Source: an uncultured Phycisphaerales bacterium
GTDB taxonomy: Bacteria; Planctomycetota; Phycisphaerae; Sedimentisphaerales; Anaerobacaceae
Reading direction: 5' to 3'
DNA: 64,000 bases
NCBI GenBank assembly: GCA_963718665.1
Contig: OY970359.1
Span: 1,536,001 to 1,600,000 of the forward strand
Shown here: in pieces, positions 39,591 through 50,251 of the stretch
How positions within the stretch are numbered: position 1 is the stretch's first letter
Layout of the letters: each line of letters starts with the position of its first letter
Program-made: the position numbers and the translations under genes
The notes under the pieces: model-generated
The model's input: only the letters and a program-made list of their open reading frames with translations
Databases searched by the model: none
What the model was told of the DNA's origin: nothing

Positions 39591-39957
39591 ATGGATTGAA
39601 AAGGCGGAAGGCGACTTTGCGACAATGCAGCGGGAGTCCCGCGCAAGGAAGAATCCCAACTATGACGCAATTTGTTTTCACGCCCAGCAATGTGCGGAGA
39701 AATATCTTAAAGCGCGATTGGCTGAAGCGGACATCTCTTTTGGCAAAGTTCACGACCTCGTAGCGTTACTTAACCAGGTATTAGTTATTCAGCCGGATTG
39801 GGAGGTTTTCCGTGAAGATTTGGCTTATCTTTCTGATTTTGCAGTGAGTTTTCGCTATCCAGGTGAGTCGGCCAATAAGGAATCTGCTCTCGATGCTGTT
39901 AGGAGATGCCGGTTCTTCAGAAAGATTGCTCGCAGTGTTCTTGGTTTGCCGACATAG
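39571..39957 (+). CDS. HEPN domain protein (MNT partner)
   Basis: W...AE.D, FHAQQCAEKYLKA, HDL and RYPG; overlaps the MNT gene. Confidence 0.9.
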   Translation: MKPTTSEWIEKAEGDFATMQRESRARKNPNYDAICFHAQQCAEKYLKARLAEADISFGKVHDLVALLNQVLVIQPDWEVFREDLAYLSDFAVSFRYPGESANKESALDAVRRCRFFRKIARSVLGLPT

Positions 39958-40100
39958 ATACGAATATTGTTATTCGACAACGATTAGTGGTATATTACGG
40001 CCAAATAGTAGTTTTATTGATTTCTCTGTGTCCTCTTGCCGAAAGGCGTCCCTTACGGGAGTGGCTAAAAAAAATTGTTATTCTCTGTGGCTAAAATAAG

Positions 40101-41465
40101 ATGCTGAAGATATTTTTATGGCTGCGATACCTTAGGAAGAGGAGGGTAGTGCTGCTGAGTATCGCAGCGGTTGCGCTTTCGACGGCGCTTCTGGTAGTTG
40201 TCGCCAGCTTATTCAACGGGTTCATAAACGCATTCGAGCAGAGCGCGGTTGACGGCATGGGAGACGTTGTTTTGTCGCCTGGGAAGAATTTCGCGGGATA
40301 CGCAGAGCTTGAAAAGCGATTGGAGGAGATAAAGCAGGTTGAAGCAACAACTGCGACGCTGTCTGCGCAGGGGCTTTTGCATTTAGGCAGAGGTAATGTT
40401 CGGGCGGCGGAGATTTGGGGGATTGAGCCGGCAAAATTCGGCAAGGTGACGGCGTTTGACAAGTCGCTGCTGAAAACAAAACAGGCGACGTCTGCCGGCA
40501 GCGGAGACATTACGGGTTATGTCGGAATAGGGGTCCTTGCTGAGCCGAATGAGAAAACCGATGAGTATGATGTCAACGGCGCGGAAAGGATGATTGGACA
40601 ACAATTCGTAATTACGACTGGTTCGACTTCGCTCACCACGAGCAGTTCGGCGATTGAAGGGAAAGACAAAGAACCCATCGATTCCACTCAGGGCAGGCAG
40701 AAATTCAGGCGCAAGACCATACAGTTTACGATGGCGGACGCCGTATTTACGGGGATTTATTATTTTGACAGCCGGCTGGTGTATTTGCCAATAGAGCAAT
40801 TGAGCAGGGCGATTTTCCCGGATTCGCAGGAACCGGTTGCCGGCAGGATTCAGATTAAACTTCACAAGGGGGCTGACGCGGCCCTTGCGATAGCGCAGAT
40901 TCGCGGCGTGTGGAAGGTTTTCGCTTCGGAGAAACTCGGGTGGGAGGATTACGACATTCGAGCAACAATGATAGAGACCTCCAGGCAGATGCAAAGCCGA
41001 TACATTGCGGAAATTCGCAAGCAGATGGGGGTTTTGCTTTTGATATTCGGCGTGGTGAGCTTGAGCGCGGTGCTTTTGATATTCTGCATTTTTTATATGA
41101 TTGTCGAGACACGCCGCAAAGACATCGCGATAATGAAAAGCTGCGGGGCCGACAGCGGGTCTATCGCGATGATTTTCGTGGGGTTTGGCGCGTTTGTCGG
41201 GATATTAGGGACATTGCTGGGGACCGCAGCCGGGTACGTAGTTACGAAGAACATCAACGGGGTTGAGGGCTGGATAAGGGTTGCGTTCGGCCTGAAGCTG
41301 TGGAAAGCGAGCGTTTATATGTTCAGCAGAATACCGGCTGAAGTTTACTGGCAGGCGGTCTGGTGGATAGTTTTATCGGCGATACTTGGAGCGATGATTG
41401 GCGCGATTATACCGGCATTGTCGGCAGCGATAACGCGGCCCGTGAACGTTCTCAGATACGAATAG
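40101..41465 (+). CDS. LolC/E-like (FtsX family) ABC permease
   Basis: N-terminal RYL plus TM, large periplasmic loop, DIAIMKSCGA and RPVNVLRYE terminus. Confidence 0.88.
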   Translation: MLKIFLWLRYLRKRRVVLLSIAAVALSTALLVVVASLFNGFINAFEQSAVDGMGDVVLSPGKNFAGYAELEKRLEEIKQVEATTATLSAQGLLHLGRGNVRAAEIWGIEPAKFGKVTAFDKSLLKTKQATSAGSGDITGYVGIGVLAEPNEKTDEYDVNGAERMIGQQFVITTGSTSLTTSSSAIEGKDKEPIDSTQGRQKFRRKTIQFTMADAVFTGIYYFDSRLVYLPIEQLSRAIFPDSQEPVAGRIQIKLHKGADAALAIAQIRGVWKVFASEKLGWEDYDIRATMIETSRQMQSRYIAEIRKQMGVLLLIFGVVSLSAVLLIFCIFYMIVETRRKDIAIMKSCGADSGSIAMIFVGFGAFVGILGTLLGTAAGYVVTKNINGVEGWIRVAFGLKLWKASVYMFSRIPAEVYWQAVWWIVLSAILGAMIGAIIPALSAAITRPVNVLRYE

Positions 41466-41469
41466 GAAT

Positions 41470-42825
41470 TTGGAATTGTATAAGCTGATATTGGCATCTC
41501 GTTATCTTTATCGCAGGCGGATAAGTTTCCTTGCGCTTGCGGCAGTTGCGCTGTGCGTTTTTATCGTCGTCGTAGTAATGACTGTAATGGACGGGCTGGT
41601 CGGCGATTTCAAACGGAAGAACCATAATTATACGGGCGATTGCGTGGTTGGAACCGAATCGCTTGTCGGGTTTACGTATTACGAGGACTTCGCGGGAATT
41701 ACGGAGAAAGCGGATTACGTTGAAGCCGTAACGCCTGTGATTAAAAGTTACGTTCTTGTGGGAGCGGAAAGCTCATCGCGGAATATCGGTGCGGAATTGA
41801 CGGGGGTTGATGCGGCGGGGTTCAGCAGGGTAACTGGTTTTGGGCGAACGCTGCATTATCATAAAAATGACCCGTCGAAGGCGTTTAATATAAAAGGCGA
41901 CGCGAATCTTCCAGGTTTTGTAATTGGCGTGGACATGTGGATTGGGCGGAACGAAAAAGGCGGATATTATTATGACCCGAATCCCGCGGCGACGGCATTG
42001 TCTGTAACTTGTTTTCCGCTGACGGCCAAGGGCGCGCTCGCCAAGGCAGGGACGGATATGGCGAACACAAAGACGTTTTATTTCAGCGATTGTTCGCAAA
42101 GCGGGCTGGCGAGGGTCGATGGAGCGATTATATATCTGCCGTTTGATGAGGCCCAATTGCTTTGCGGGATGACTGAGCCGGTCAAAAGGGCGTCGTGGAT
42201 TCATATCAAGTTCAAGCAGGGGACAAACATTGAAGAAGGATGCCGGCAGGTTCGCCAGATGTGGGGGAAATTCTACGATGAGTATAAAGGGAAGGATAAC
42301 GCGGATTTGCTTTCGCAGGTGAGCGTGCAGAGCTGGAAGGAGCACAGGAGAGAAAGTATCGCCGGGATGGAAAAAGAACAGGCGATGCTGATGATGATGT
42401 TCGGGCTTGTGGGGCTGACAACGGTGTTTATTGTTTACGTGGTCTTCTATATGATTATCAGTCACAAGACCAAAGACATCGGCATCCTCAAAAGCATAGG
42501 GGCATCGTGCGGCGACGTGATTGTTTTGTTTTTAGGTTTTGCGGCAGGACTCGGCGTTATTGGTTCGGCGGTCGGTGTCGCGGGCGGGATGCTTTTCCTG
42601 CGGAATATAAACAGGATAGAGGGCTGGCTGTTTGAGCGGTTCGGTTTTCAGTTATGGGACCGGACGATTTACGCGATAGGCGAGATACCGCATCGATTAG
42701 ATTTGACGATGTTGGTGGTGGTAACAGGTTGTGCGATTTTGGCGTGTCTGGCGGGCGCTGTGCTGCCCAGTGTTGGAGCGGCGAGGGCCAGGCCGGCGGA
42801 TGTTTTACAGGTGAGCCAGTTATGA
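41470..42825 (+). CDS. LolC/E-like ABC permease (second copy)
   Basis: RYL..RR, VMTVMDG, DIGILKSIGA and RPADVL. Confidence 0.88.
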   Translation: MELYKLILASRYLYRRRISFLALAAVALCVFIVVVVMTVMDGLVGDFKRKNHNYTGDCVVGTESLVGFTYYEDFAGITEKADYVEAVTPVIKSYVLVGAESSSRNIGAELTGVDAAGFSRVTGFGRTLHYHKNDPSKAFNIKGDANLPGFVIGVDMWIGRNEKGGYYYDPNPAATALSVTCFPLTAKGALAKAGTDMANTKTFYFSDCSQSGLARVDGAIIYLPFDEAQLLCGMTEPVKRASWIHIKFKQGTNIEEGCRQVRQMWGKFYDEYKGKDNADLLSQVSVQSWKEHRRESIAGMEKEQAMLMMMFGLVGLTTVFIVYVVFYMIISHKTKDIGILKSIGASCGDVIVLFLGFAAGLGVIGSAVGVAGGMLFLRNINRIEGWLFERFGFQLWDRTIYAIGEIPHRLDLTMLVVVTGCAILACLAGAVLPSVGAARARPADVLQVSQL

Positions 42826-43517
42826 GCAAAGATGAATTTATAATAGAGGCACAAGGGGTTCATAAATCATACCGGATGGGAGCGGCGCAGGTGCAGGTTT
42901 TGAAGGGGGCCGACATCGCGGTCAAAAGAGGTGAGTTTGTGGCGATAGTCGGCGCGTCGGGCAGCGGCAAAAGCACGCTGCTGCATATACTTGGCGCTCT
43001 TGACAGGCCTGATAAGGGGGTTGTGCGGTTTGAAGGGCGGGACCTGAGCGGGATGGGCGGGGGTGAGCTGAACGAATACCGCAATAAAATGATTGGGTTT
43101 GTCTTTCAGTTTTACCATTTGTTGGACGAATTAAATGTGTTGGAAAACGTGATTTTGCCCGCGATGGTGCCCGCAGGTATAATTGGGTGGATGTCAAAGC
43201 GGGCAGGCGTTAAAAAGCGGGGGCTGGAGCTGCTGAAAGCAGTTGGTCTTGAACAAAGGGCGACGCATAAGCCGTATCAGTTATCGGGCGGGGAACGGCA
43301 AAGGGCGGCGATTGGGCGTGCCCTTATCAACGAGCCGAGGTTGCTATTGGCGGATGAGCCGACAGGTAATCTTGACTCTGCTACAGGAAATGGTATTCTG
43401 GAGTTGCTGGAAAGATTGAATCGTGCGGGTCAGACGATAGTTATGGTAACGCACGATGAAAGGGTTGCCCGGCGGGCGGGTCGGACAATAACGCTGGCTG
43501 ACGGCAAAGTCAAGTGA
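42822..43517 (+). CDS. lolD: LolD-like ABC ATP-binding protein
   Basis: GASGSGKST, GFVFQFYHLL, LSGGERQR and ADEPTGNLD; ATG 42822 overlaps the permease stop. Confidence 0.85.
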   Translation: MSKDEFIIEAQGVHKSYRMGAAQVQVLKGADIAVKRGEFVAIVGASGSGKSTLLHILGALDRPDKGVVRFEGRDLSGMGGGELNEYRNKMIGFVFQFYHLLDELNVLENVILPAMVPAGIIGWMSKRAGVKKRGLELLKAVGLEQRATHKPYQLSGGERQRAAIGRALINEPRLLLADEPTGNLDSATGNGILELLERLNRAGQTIVMVTHDERVARRAGRTITLADGKVK

Positions 43518-43559
43518 TTTTGGCGATTGTGGTCGCCGCAAAATACTGGGAAAAGATGT

Positions 43560-44426
43560 ATGGCATTAAAGATTTGGCTTGGCGATAAACTTGTTGATGA
43601 GCAGGACGCGAAGATATCCGTCTTCGACCACGGGATGCTTTACGGAGACGGTGTATTCGAGGGGATACGGATTTATAACAAGAAGATATTCGAGTTCGAG
43701 GCGCATATCACGCGTCTTTACAACTCTGCGAAAGGGATTCGCCTGGATATACCGATGAGCCGGGAAAAGCTTATGGAGGCGACGCAAAAGACGGTTGAGG
43801 CCAACGGGGTTATCGATGGCTACATCCGGCTGGTTGTTACTCGCGGCGTGGGGTCGCTGGGGCTGAATCCGTTTACCTGCGAGACGCCGATGGTGTTCAT
43901 CATCGCGGACAATATCCAGTTGTATCCGCAGGAGCTATATGAGAAGGGGATGAAGATAATCAGCGCGACGACGGTGCGCAATCATCCGCTGGCAATACCG
44001 CCGCAGGTGAAGAGCTTGAATTACCTGAATAACATCCTCGCGAAGATTGAGGCGCTGGATAACGACGTTCCTGAAGCGATAATGTATAACCACGAGGGAT
44101 ACGTTGCGGAGGCGACCGGCGACAACGTGTTTACGGTGAGGAAAGGCGTTGTATATACGCCGCCCGCGGAGGCAGGCGGTCTTGAGGGGATAACGCGAGA
44201 AGTTGTTATTCGACTGGCGAAAAAAGAAGGCATCGAAGTAATCGAGAAGAACCTGACGAGGTTTGATTTGTATATCAGCGACGAGGTATTTTTGACCGGG
44301 ACGGCGGCGGAGGTCATCGGCATAGTTGAGATAGACGGCCGGGTAATCGGCGACGGCAAGCCGGGACCTGTCACGAAACATCTCAGGGACAAGTTCTTCC
44401 GGTACGCACACGGAAAGGAGAAGTAG
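43560..44426 (+). CDS. ilvE: Branched-chain amino acid aminotransferase
   Basis: YGDGVFEGIR, KSLNYLNNI, EATGDN, LEGITR and FLTGTAAEV. Confidence 0.93.
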   Translation: MALKIWLGDKLVDEQDAKISVFDHGMLYGDGVFEGIRIYNKKIFEFEAHITRLYNSAKGIRLDIPMSREKLMEATQKTVEANGVIDGYIRLVVTRGVGSLGLNPFTCETPMVFIIADNIQLYPQELYEKGMKIISATTVRNHPLAIPPQVKSLNYLNNILAKIEALDNDVPEAIMYNHEGYVAEATGDNVFTVRKGVVYTPPAEAGGLEGITREVVIRLAKKEGIEVIEKNLTRFDLYISDEVFLTGTAAEVIGIVEIDGRVIGDGKPGPVTKHLRDKFFRYAHGKEK

Positions 44427-44481
44427 TCCCTGCTGTCCCCCTGCTTTCTTGCGAAAGCAAGAAGGGGGCAAGACGCGGGGG
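44427..44481. repeat. Nested palindrome between ilvE and the prenyl synthase gene
   Basis: ttcttgc-gaaa-gcaagaa core (44446-44463) enclosed by ccccc/ggggg. Confidence 0.6.
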
Positions 44482-44496
44482 TTACGGGTCGGCGCA

Positions 44497-45519
44497 ATGC
44501 AATCATCTGCAAAAACGGGCGTCGCTTCGGCGAAGGGTTCAAACGCTGCAGGTCGTTCACCTGGCGTTTTTTCTGTTATCGAATCCGAGTTATCGCGCGT
44601 GAAGACGCTTATTGAGAGGGATTTGTCTGATTGCGGCGAGCCGATTCATGGTCTGGTTGCCTGCGTGAATGCCGGTAAGGGCAAGATGATAAGGCCGGGG
44701 CTGGTGTTGCTGTCTGGTCTTGCGTGCGGGGGGGTAACGGAAAAGCACATTCGGTCGGCGGCGATATTCGAGATTATACATAACGCGACGCTTTTGCATG
44801 ACGACGTTGTGGATGAGGGTAAAAGCCGACGCGGAGTCCCCACGGTTAACAGTATTCACGGGAATGAGTCGGCGGTTTTATTAGGGGATTTTTTGCTTGG
44901 CCGGGTCATCAGGATGTGCGTGGGGCTGGGAGACCGGGTGTCAGAAATAATAGCCGTGGCGTCGATGCGGACCTGCGAAGGTGAGCTTAGGCAGATATCA
45001 CAGAGGGGCAACTGGTTGCTGAGCGAGCCGGAATATATCGAGATAATAGCGGGAAAGACGGCGGCGTTGTTTGAGGGGGCGTGCGCGGTGGGGGCCGTTC
45101 TTGCGGGGGCGGATGAATTGACGGTGCAGGCATTGGCGTCTTATGGACGCAACGTCGGCATCTCGTTTCAGATTACCGATGATTTGCTTGATTTGGTCGG
45201 CGAGCAGGACAAGACGGGTAAGCCCGCGGGCAATGACCTTGACCGCGATAAACTGACGCTGCCGCTCATTCATTTATTAAAAACCGCAGGCGAAGCGGAA
45301 AAACTAAAGGTAAAACAGATTCTGTCGCGGCAAAATGGAGACGCCGGCAGAATGGATTTAATAGAAAAGCTAAATACCTGCGGAAGTATCGAATATGCGA
45401 GGAAACGTGCGGAGGAGTTTGTCGGGCAGGCGATTACGGCAATAGCGGGAGTTGGGGATAACAGGGGCAGCAAGTCGCTTGTCGAAACGGCAAGATTTAT
45501 CACCAGTCGGACATCCTGA
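44497..45519 (+). CDS. Polyprenyl diphosphate synthase
   Basis: GKMIRP, LLHDDVVD..RRG, GKTA and FQITDDLLD. Confidence 0.92.
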   Translation: MQSSAKTGVASAKGSNAAGRSPGVFSVIESELSRVKTLIERDLSDCGEPIHGLVACVNAGKGKMIRPGLVLLSGLACGGVTEKHIRSAAIFEIIHNATLLHDDVVDEGKSRRGVPTVNSIHGNESAVLLGDFLLGRVIRMCVGLGDRVSEIIAVASMRTCEGELRQISQRGNWLLSEPEYIEIIAGKTAALFEGACAVGAVLAGADELTVQALASYGRNVGISFQITDDLLDLVGEQDKTGKPAGNDLDRDKLTLPLIHLLKTAGEAEKLKVKQILSRQNGDAGRMDLIEKLNTCGSIEYARKRAEEFVGQAITAIAGVGDNRGSKSLVETARFITSRTS

Positions 45520-45540
45520 GAGATTTATCAGCTTTAAATG

Positions 45541-45572
45541 AAAAAGGCCGGCTTGTTTAAGCCGGCCTTTTT
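45541..45572. terminator. Bidirectional rho-independent terminator
   Basis: aaaaaggccggctt-gttt-aagccggccttttt between convergent genes. Confidence 0.9.
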
Positions 45573-45597
45573 GGTTTTGAACACAGAGAAGCTGTTT

Positions 45598-46458
45598 TTA
45601 GAATTTGTACTTTATGGTCAAGGTTGCCCATGTGATGTCATGTTTGGGGGAAACGCCCTTGTTCCCGTCATCTTCCATAGTAATCTGCTCATTGATTCCC
45701 GGTGTGAATATGAAGTTGCTGCCGAGGTCGAAGTCGGTCGAGACGCCCATTACAAAATCGGTCCAGTCACTGCTGGTATAGCCGCCGTATGGTCTGGGGT
45801 CAATATGGTTATTATAGACCAACTCTGTATGGAAGTCGAGGTTCTGCTTGGGAATTTCAGGAGTGATATTCTCGAGAGGCAGGGCATAGTTGAGCATAAA
45901 GACGTGGGCCCAACCTGAAGCGGAGCCGCCGTTAGGATTGCCGGCTCCAACCACTGTATCGCTCATTGAGGGCCACACCTTGATGATGCAGTAAGCCGGG
46001 ACGAGGCCTTTTATGCCTGTGATGTCAGGCCAGGAGAACAGGACGTTGAATTCCTGGAGGTCGATGGATGTAGCGGAGTGGCGTGCGTCCGTATCCGGAA
46101 AGTTGTAATAGACATAGCTAACTTTGTAATCGGTTTCTAATGGATCACCAGCGACAATCTTGTTCTGATAGAACAGGGTGTAATCGGTTCGTTGTTCTTG
46201 CGAATAGCCGAGGGGGCCGTTGTTGCCGGTTCCATTGGCCATATGATCCTCGATGCTCATACCAAAGCCAGAACCAAAGAAGTCGAGGTCGACAAATAGA
46301 TTGCTGCCACTATGTTGCCCCCATGTCATGAAACCTCTCCAGACTTGCATACTGTTGTATGTGTAACCGAAATCGCCGTGGAGGTCGCCTTCCTGGGCGA
46401 GCACCGGGGCAACCATACCAAACAGAATCGCAACTACTAACAAGACACACTTTTTCAT
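45598..46458 (-). CDS. Probable outer-membrane beta-barrel protein
   Basis: Signal peptide MKKCVLL...VLA; aromatic beta-strand pattern; C-terminal IKYKF; AGGAG RBS. Confidence 0.75.
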   Translation of the reverse strand: MKKCVLLVVAILFGMVAPVLAQEGDLHGDFGYTYNSMQVWRGFMTWGQHSGSNLFVDLDFFGSGFGMSIEDHMANGTGNNGPLGYSQEQRTDYTLFYQNKIVAGDPLETDYKVSYVYYNFPDTDARHSATSIDLQEFNVLFSWPDITGIKGLVPAYCIIKVWPSMSDTVVGAGNPNGGSASGWAHVFMLNYALPLENITPEIPKQNLDFHTELVYNNHIDPRPYGGYTSSDWTDFVMGVSTDFDLGSNFIFTPGINEQITMEDDGNKGVSPKHDITWATLTIKYKF

Positions 46459-46707
46459 TGTATTGGTCTCCTTAAAAAATACCCTCAACATACTTATTTT
46501 ACTATGTTTTCGTCCGTTCCGTCGGCACCGCACCGAGGGCGATAAAACAGTATATCAACACTGATAAGTGAGGCAAGCACAAATTCATTTTTTTTGCCTG
46601 CATTCCCATAAGAGCCGTAATTCCGTTCAGACGGCCTTACAAACAACTATATTATCGGGCTATTCCTTGAAATATCTTTAATTTAGCTGTTTACGCTGTC
46701 AAGGAAA

Positions 46708-48096
46708 TTACCATTTTCCGGTTTTTTTCGCCTCTGCCTTGGGGAAGTTTTTCAGTGGAGCGGTGAATTTTTTGAGGTCTTCTTCGGGCAGTTCGTAATC
46801 GGTTAGTTTTCCAGACAAAAAGGCGTCGTAGCCGGAGAGGTCCATAAGGCCGTGGCCGCTGTAGTTGAACAGGATGACCTTTTCCTTGCCTTCTTCCCTG
46901 GCTTTGATGGCTTCGTCGATTGTAGCGGCAATCGCGTGGCTGGTCTCGGGTGCGCAGATAAACCCTTCGGTTTTCGCCCAGGTAAGCGCCGCCTGGTAAC
47001 ACTTGGTCTGCGGATATGCCTTTGGTTCGAGCAATCCCTCTACGATTGACTGACTGACCAGAGGCGCCATACCGTGATAACGGAGACCACCAGCGTGAAT
47101 GGGGGCGGGGATAAAGGTATGGCCTATTGTGTACATCGCGAGCAAGGGTGTCGTTCCCGCCGTGTCGCCGAAGTCGTATGCGAAAGGTCCGCGCGTCATA
47201 GAAGGGCAGGAGCTTGGTTCAATGGGCATAATTTTGATGTTTGCGCCGTTGATTTTGTCTGTGACGAACGGGAATGAAAGGCCGGCGAAGTTTGAGCCGC
47301 CGCCCGCGCAGCCGATGATGATATCGACTTTCTTTTCGCCCGCGGTTTTGAGCTGCTGTTTGGCTTCGAGGCCGATGATTGTCTGATGGAGCAGAACGTG
47401 GTTTAAGACACTTCCGAGCGAATAGCGTGTTTTACCTGACTTATCGGTTACGGTTTGCTCGATTGCTTCGCTGATGGCGATACCGAGTGAGCCGGGGGTA
47501 TCGGGCATTTCTTTGAGGATTTTTCTACCGGCGTTTGTTTCGTTACTCGGGCTTGCGACGCAATTAGCGCCCCAGACCTGCATCATAAGTTTTCTGAAGG
47601 GCTTCTGGTCGAAGCTGATACGTACCATAAAGACCTTGCATTCGAGACCAATCAACTGGCAGGCAAAGGCAAGCGCGCTACCCCACTGGCCTGCGCCTGT
47701 TTCGGTGACGAGCCGTTTTATGCCGAACTGTTTATTATACCAGGCCTGCGGGACAGCAGTATTTGGCTTGTGGCTACCCGGGGGGCTGGTGCTTTCGTCT
47801 TTGTAGTATATGCGGGCCGGGGTTTTGAGGAACCTTTCGAGGTAAACCGCCCTTCGCAGCGGTGCCGGTCGCCACCTGTAGAGGATATCGAGGATTTCCT
47901 CGGGGATATCAATCCAGCGTTTTGTGCTGACTTCCTGCTCGATGAGGTTCATCGGGAAGACCGGCGCCAGCATTTCGGGGCCGATGGGCTTGCCATCAGG
48001 GCCCAGAGGCGGCAGCAGCGGGGTCGGCAGGTCGGCGGCGAGGTTGTACCATTTGCGGGGTATGTCTTTTTCTTTCAGATGAATTTTAACTTCCAT
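46708..48096 (-). CDS. trpB2: TrpB2-type tryptophan synthase beta-like PLP enzyme
   Basis: [44 protein letters not shown] and SGHG. Confidence 0.93.
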   Translation of the reverse strand: MEVKIHLKEKDIPRKWYNLAADLPTPLLPPLGPDGKPIGPEMLAPVFPMNLIEQEVSTKRWIDIPEEILDILYRWRPAPLRRAVYLERFLKTPARIYYKDESTSPPGSHKPNTAVPQAWYNKQFGIKRLVTETGAGQWGSALAFACQLIGLECKVFMVRISFDQKPFRKLMMQVWGANCVASPSNETNAGRKILKEMPDTPGSLGIAISEAIEQTVTDKSGKTRYSLGSVLNHVLLHQTIIGLEAKQQLKTAGEKKVDIIIGCAGGGSNFAGLSFPFVTDKINGANIKIMPIEPSSCPSMTRGPFAYDFGDTAGTTPLLAMYTIGHTFIPAPIHAGGLRYHGMAPLVSQSIVEGLLEPKAYPQTKCYQAALTWAKTEGFICAPETSHAIAATIDEAIKAREEGKEKVILFNYSGHGLMDLSGYDAFLSGKLTDYELPEEDLKKFTAPLKNFPKAEAKKTGKW

Positions 48097-48212
48097 TTTT
48101 ACTCTCCTATCGGACTGCGGTTACGTTTAATAACACGGGTAAGTGCCTTTATTGCTAAAATATTAGGGTCCATCTGTCAAGAAGATTTATTCGCGATTTT
48201 TTGGGGTTTTCG

Positions 48213-48236
48213 CTTGCCCTGAGCATCGTCGAAGGG
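48213..48236 (-). repeat. Short palindromic repeat (CCCTTCGA-n4-GCTCAGGGCA family)
   Basis: Reverse complement cccttcgacgatgctcagggcaag matches cccatcgattccactcagggcagg at 40674. Confidence 0.75.
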
Positions 48237-48277
48237 TCTGAAAATATGTCGTCGAATTGAAGTTGAAAAAGTCATTA

Positions 48278-48306
48278 TTGACAGCGAAGCAGCGATTACC
48301 TATAAC
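48278..48306 (+). promoter_or_regulatory. Putative sigma70-type promoter for the R-M pair
   Basis: TTGACA-17 nt-TATAAC. Confidence 0.65.
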
Positions 48307-48414
48307 CATTGAAAAAGTAAGTTGCAATGGTGTGTGGGAATACATATACACCGATAATGAAATGCTAATCTTTATAATCTGTGATATGCTTCCGTAAAAG
48401 AGAGGATAAGCGTT

Positions 48415-49182
48415 GTGAACAGAATAACCCTGAAAATACCGGAAGAATCGCCCGACTATGGTGAGTGCTCTGATTTCGTAGTTGGTCAAATTTCCAATAT
48501 CATAAAAAATGCTATAGACACTAAGAACAACCGCATTTTTATTCATACCAACTTAAAGCGAGGCCTACCCTTGGAGAATATCAACAAGGTTGCCGGTCCC
48601 TTTGTTGAAGCGTGGGCACTAGAGAAGTTTGAGGATATCGTTGCTGATCCAAAGAATCAGTATCAACTGATTAATGTCCAAGCAGGTCGAAGATTAGACC
48701 CCTTTGACATTATTCTACAATTCAAACGAAAGAAGAATAACAACCAATACGCATCAGCCAATATCGATGTTAAGGCGACATCGGAAGATATCAAGACATC
48801 AGGCCGAAGCCCCAACATTACCTCATATGCGAGAATTCGGACCGAATACTTGGGGGACCCTGATTATATTTTTGTGATCCTTTCACTTAAACATAGGGTA
48901 TATGGCGAGAGAGAGCCGAAGACTGGGATGACGAACGGTATTATGGAGGTTGTGGGGCAGTCGGTCTATGATTTGAAATTCATCGGTAAATCCGACATTA
49001 GTTACAATCCTGCTTTGGGCACAGGTCAGATTCAAATTCGTGATATCCATTACGTGGAAATTCAACGCCGCACTGCCCGTGAATTCATTAAGATACTTGA
49101 TGAGAAATTCATTCGTTCTCAAGGCAAGGATGTCTGGCTTGAAATGGCACGTAAAAACGAATGGGTTAAAGAGACGGAATGA
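48415..49182 (+). CDS. Probable type II restriction endonuclease (PD-(D/E)xK)
   Basis: GPFVE, DPFD...NIDVK..S...SPN motif spacing; ATGA overlap with the MTase gene. Confidence 0.75.
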   Translation: MNRITLKIPEESPDYGECSDFVVGQISNIIKNAIDTKNNRIFIHTNLKRGLPLENINKVAGPFVEAWALEKFEDIVADPKNQYQLINVQAGRRLDPFDIILQFKRKKNNNQYASANIDVKATSEDIKTSGRSPNITSYARIRTEYLGDPDYIFVILSLKHRVYGEREPKTGMTNGIMEVVGQSVYDLKFIGKSDISYNPALGTGQIQIRDIHYVEIQRRTAREFIKILDEKFIRSQGKDVWLEMARKNEWVKETE

Positions 49183-50042
49183 TCAAAACTAACCAGCTTA
49201 TTTGCGGAGACGCTTGTGTTGAGCTTGGTAAACTGCCAAGTGAAAGCGTTGATCTTGTTATCGCCGATCCCCCTTACAACCTTGGCAAAGATTATGGCAA
49301 TAATATAGATCTGAAGGCTTGGCATGAATACGAGGATTTTACCCGTAAATGGTTGTGGGAAATAAAACGCATACTAAAGTCCACAGGGACACTATATGTA
49401 TTTATGGGAGTACGATTCATTTCCAAATTATTTCTGATCCTTGATGAGGAAATGCATTTTATTTTTAACGGATGGATTACATGGCACTACACACAAGGAA
49501 TGGGAAGAAAGCAGGGATTTTCACCTCGCCATGAGGATATTTTATATTTCACTAAGACCGACGATTTTGTTTTCCACTTGGATGACGTAAGAATACCTCA
49601 GAAGTACTATCGCATGCGAAACAATATGCAAGGCGCAAACCCAGGTGATGTATGGGAATTCTCACATGTGCATTTTTGCAGTGCCGAGCGAGAGAAACAT
49701 CCAACACAAAAACCAGAGGCGCTTATCGAGCGAATGATTCTCGCGAGTTCCAGCAAAGGGGATATAGTTATAGATCCGTTTGTCGGGAGTGGAACTACTT
49801 GTCGCGTTTCACAAATTCTTGGTCGCAAATGGGTCGGTATTGATATCAATCCAGCTTATATCGAAATGACAAAAACGAGAATCTCAAAGCCTTACGATGG
49901 GTTTGATTCTTATGATCCACGCACGGAAAGAACTCCTCGCGATCTGCCTTCAATTACGGCCAATAAGCAGATGGTTTTTCTTGAGGAACACGGGAGCAGC
50001 CATTCACACTTCGCTCACAAATCTACGCAGGGCAAGCAGTAG
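49179..50042 (+). CDS. N4/N6 DNA methyltransferase (beta class)
   Basis: IADPPYN, HPTQKPEAL and DPFVGSGTT in beta order. Confidence 0.93.
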   Translation: MIKTNQLICGDACVELGKLPSESVDLVIADPPYNLGKDYGNNIDLKAWHEYEDFTRKWLWEIKRILKSTGTLYVFMGVRFISKLFLILDEEMHFIFNGWITWHYTQGMGRKQGFSPRHEDILYFTKTDDFVFHLDDVRIPQKYYRMRNNMQGANPGDVWEFSHVHFCSAEREKHPTQKPEALIERMILASSSKGDIVIDPFVGSGTTCRVSQILGRKWVGIDINPAYIEMTKTRISKPYDGFDSYDPRTERTPRDLPSITANKQMVFLEEHGSSHSHFAHKSTQGKQ

Positions 50043-50251
50043 GAAGGCGACAAAATTCGCTATGCGCTAGATGCTGTCCGCGGTCCTATCTTTATCTGGC
50101 CAGCACAAAATCTTGTCCTACTTTGTCTAACAACGTTTTTTAGCTTAAAAATGATACTTAGGCATACTTAGACATAGTTAGACAACAGTATTGAATGAAT
50201 AACTTGGCAGGTAAGTCGACAGCAATAGGAGGCAAGCGTATAATAGCGGCA

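Noticed and set aside
50125..50183. Integron attC site (GTCTAAC...GTTAGAC, 59 nt) after the type II MTase
   Set aside because: The outer R boxes pair, but no complementary inner L boxes are visible. The match is explained by local 10-nt repeats (atacttaggc/atacttagac/atagttagac), and there is no intI.
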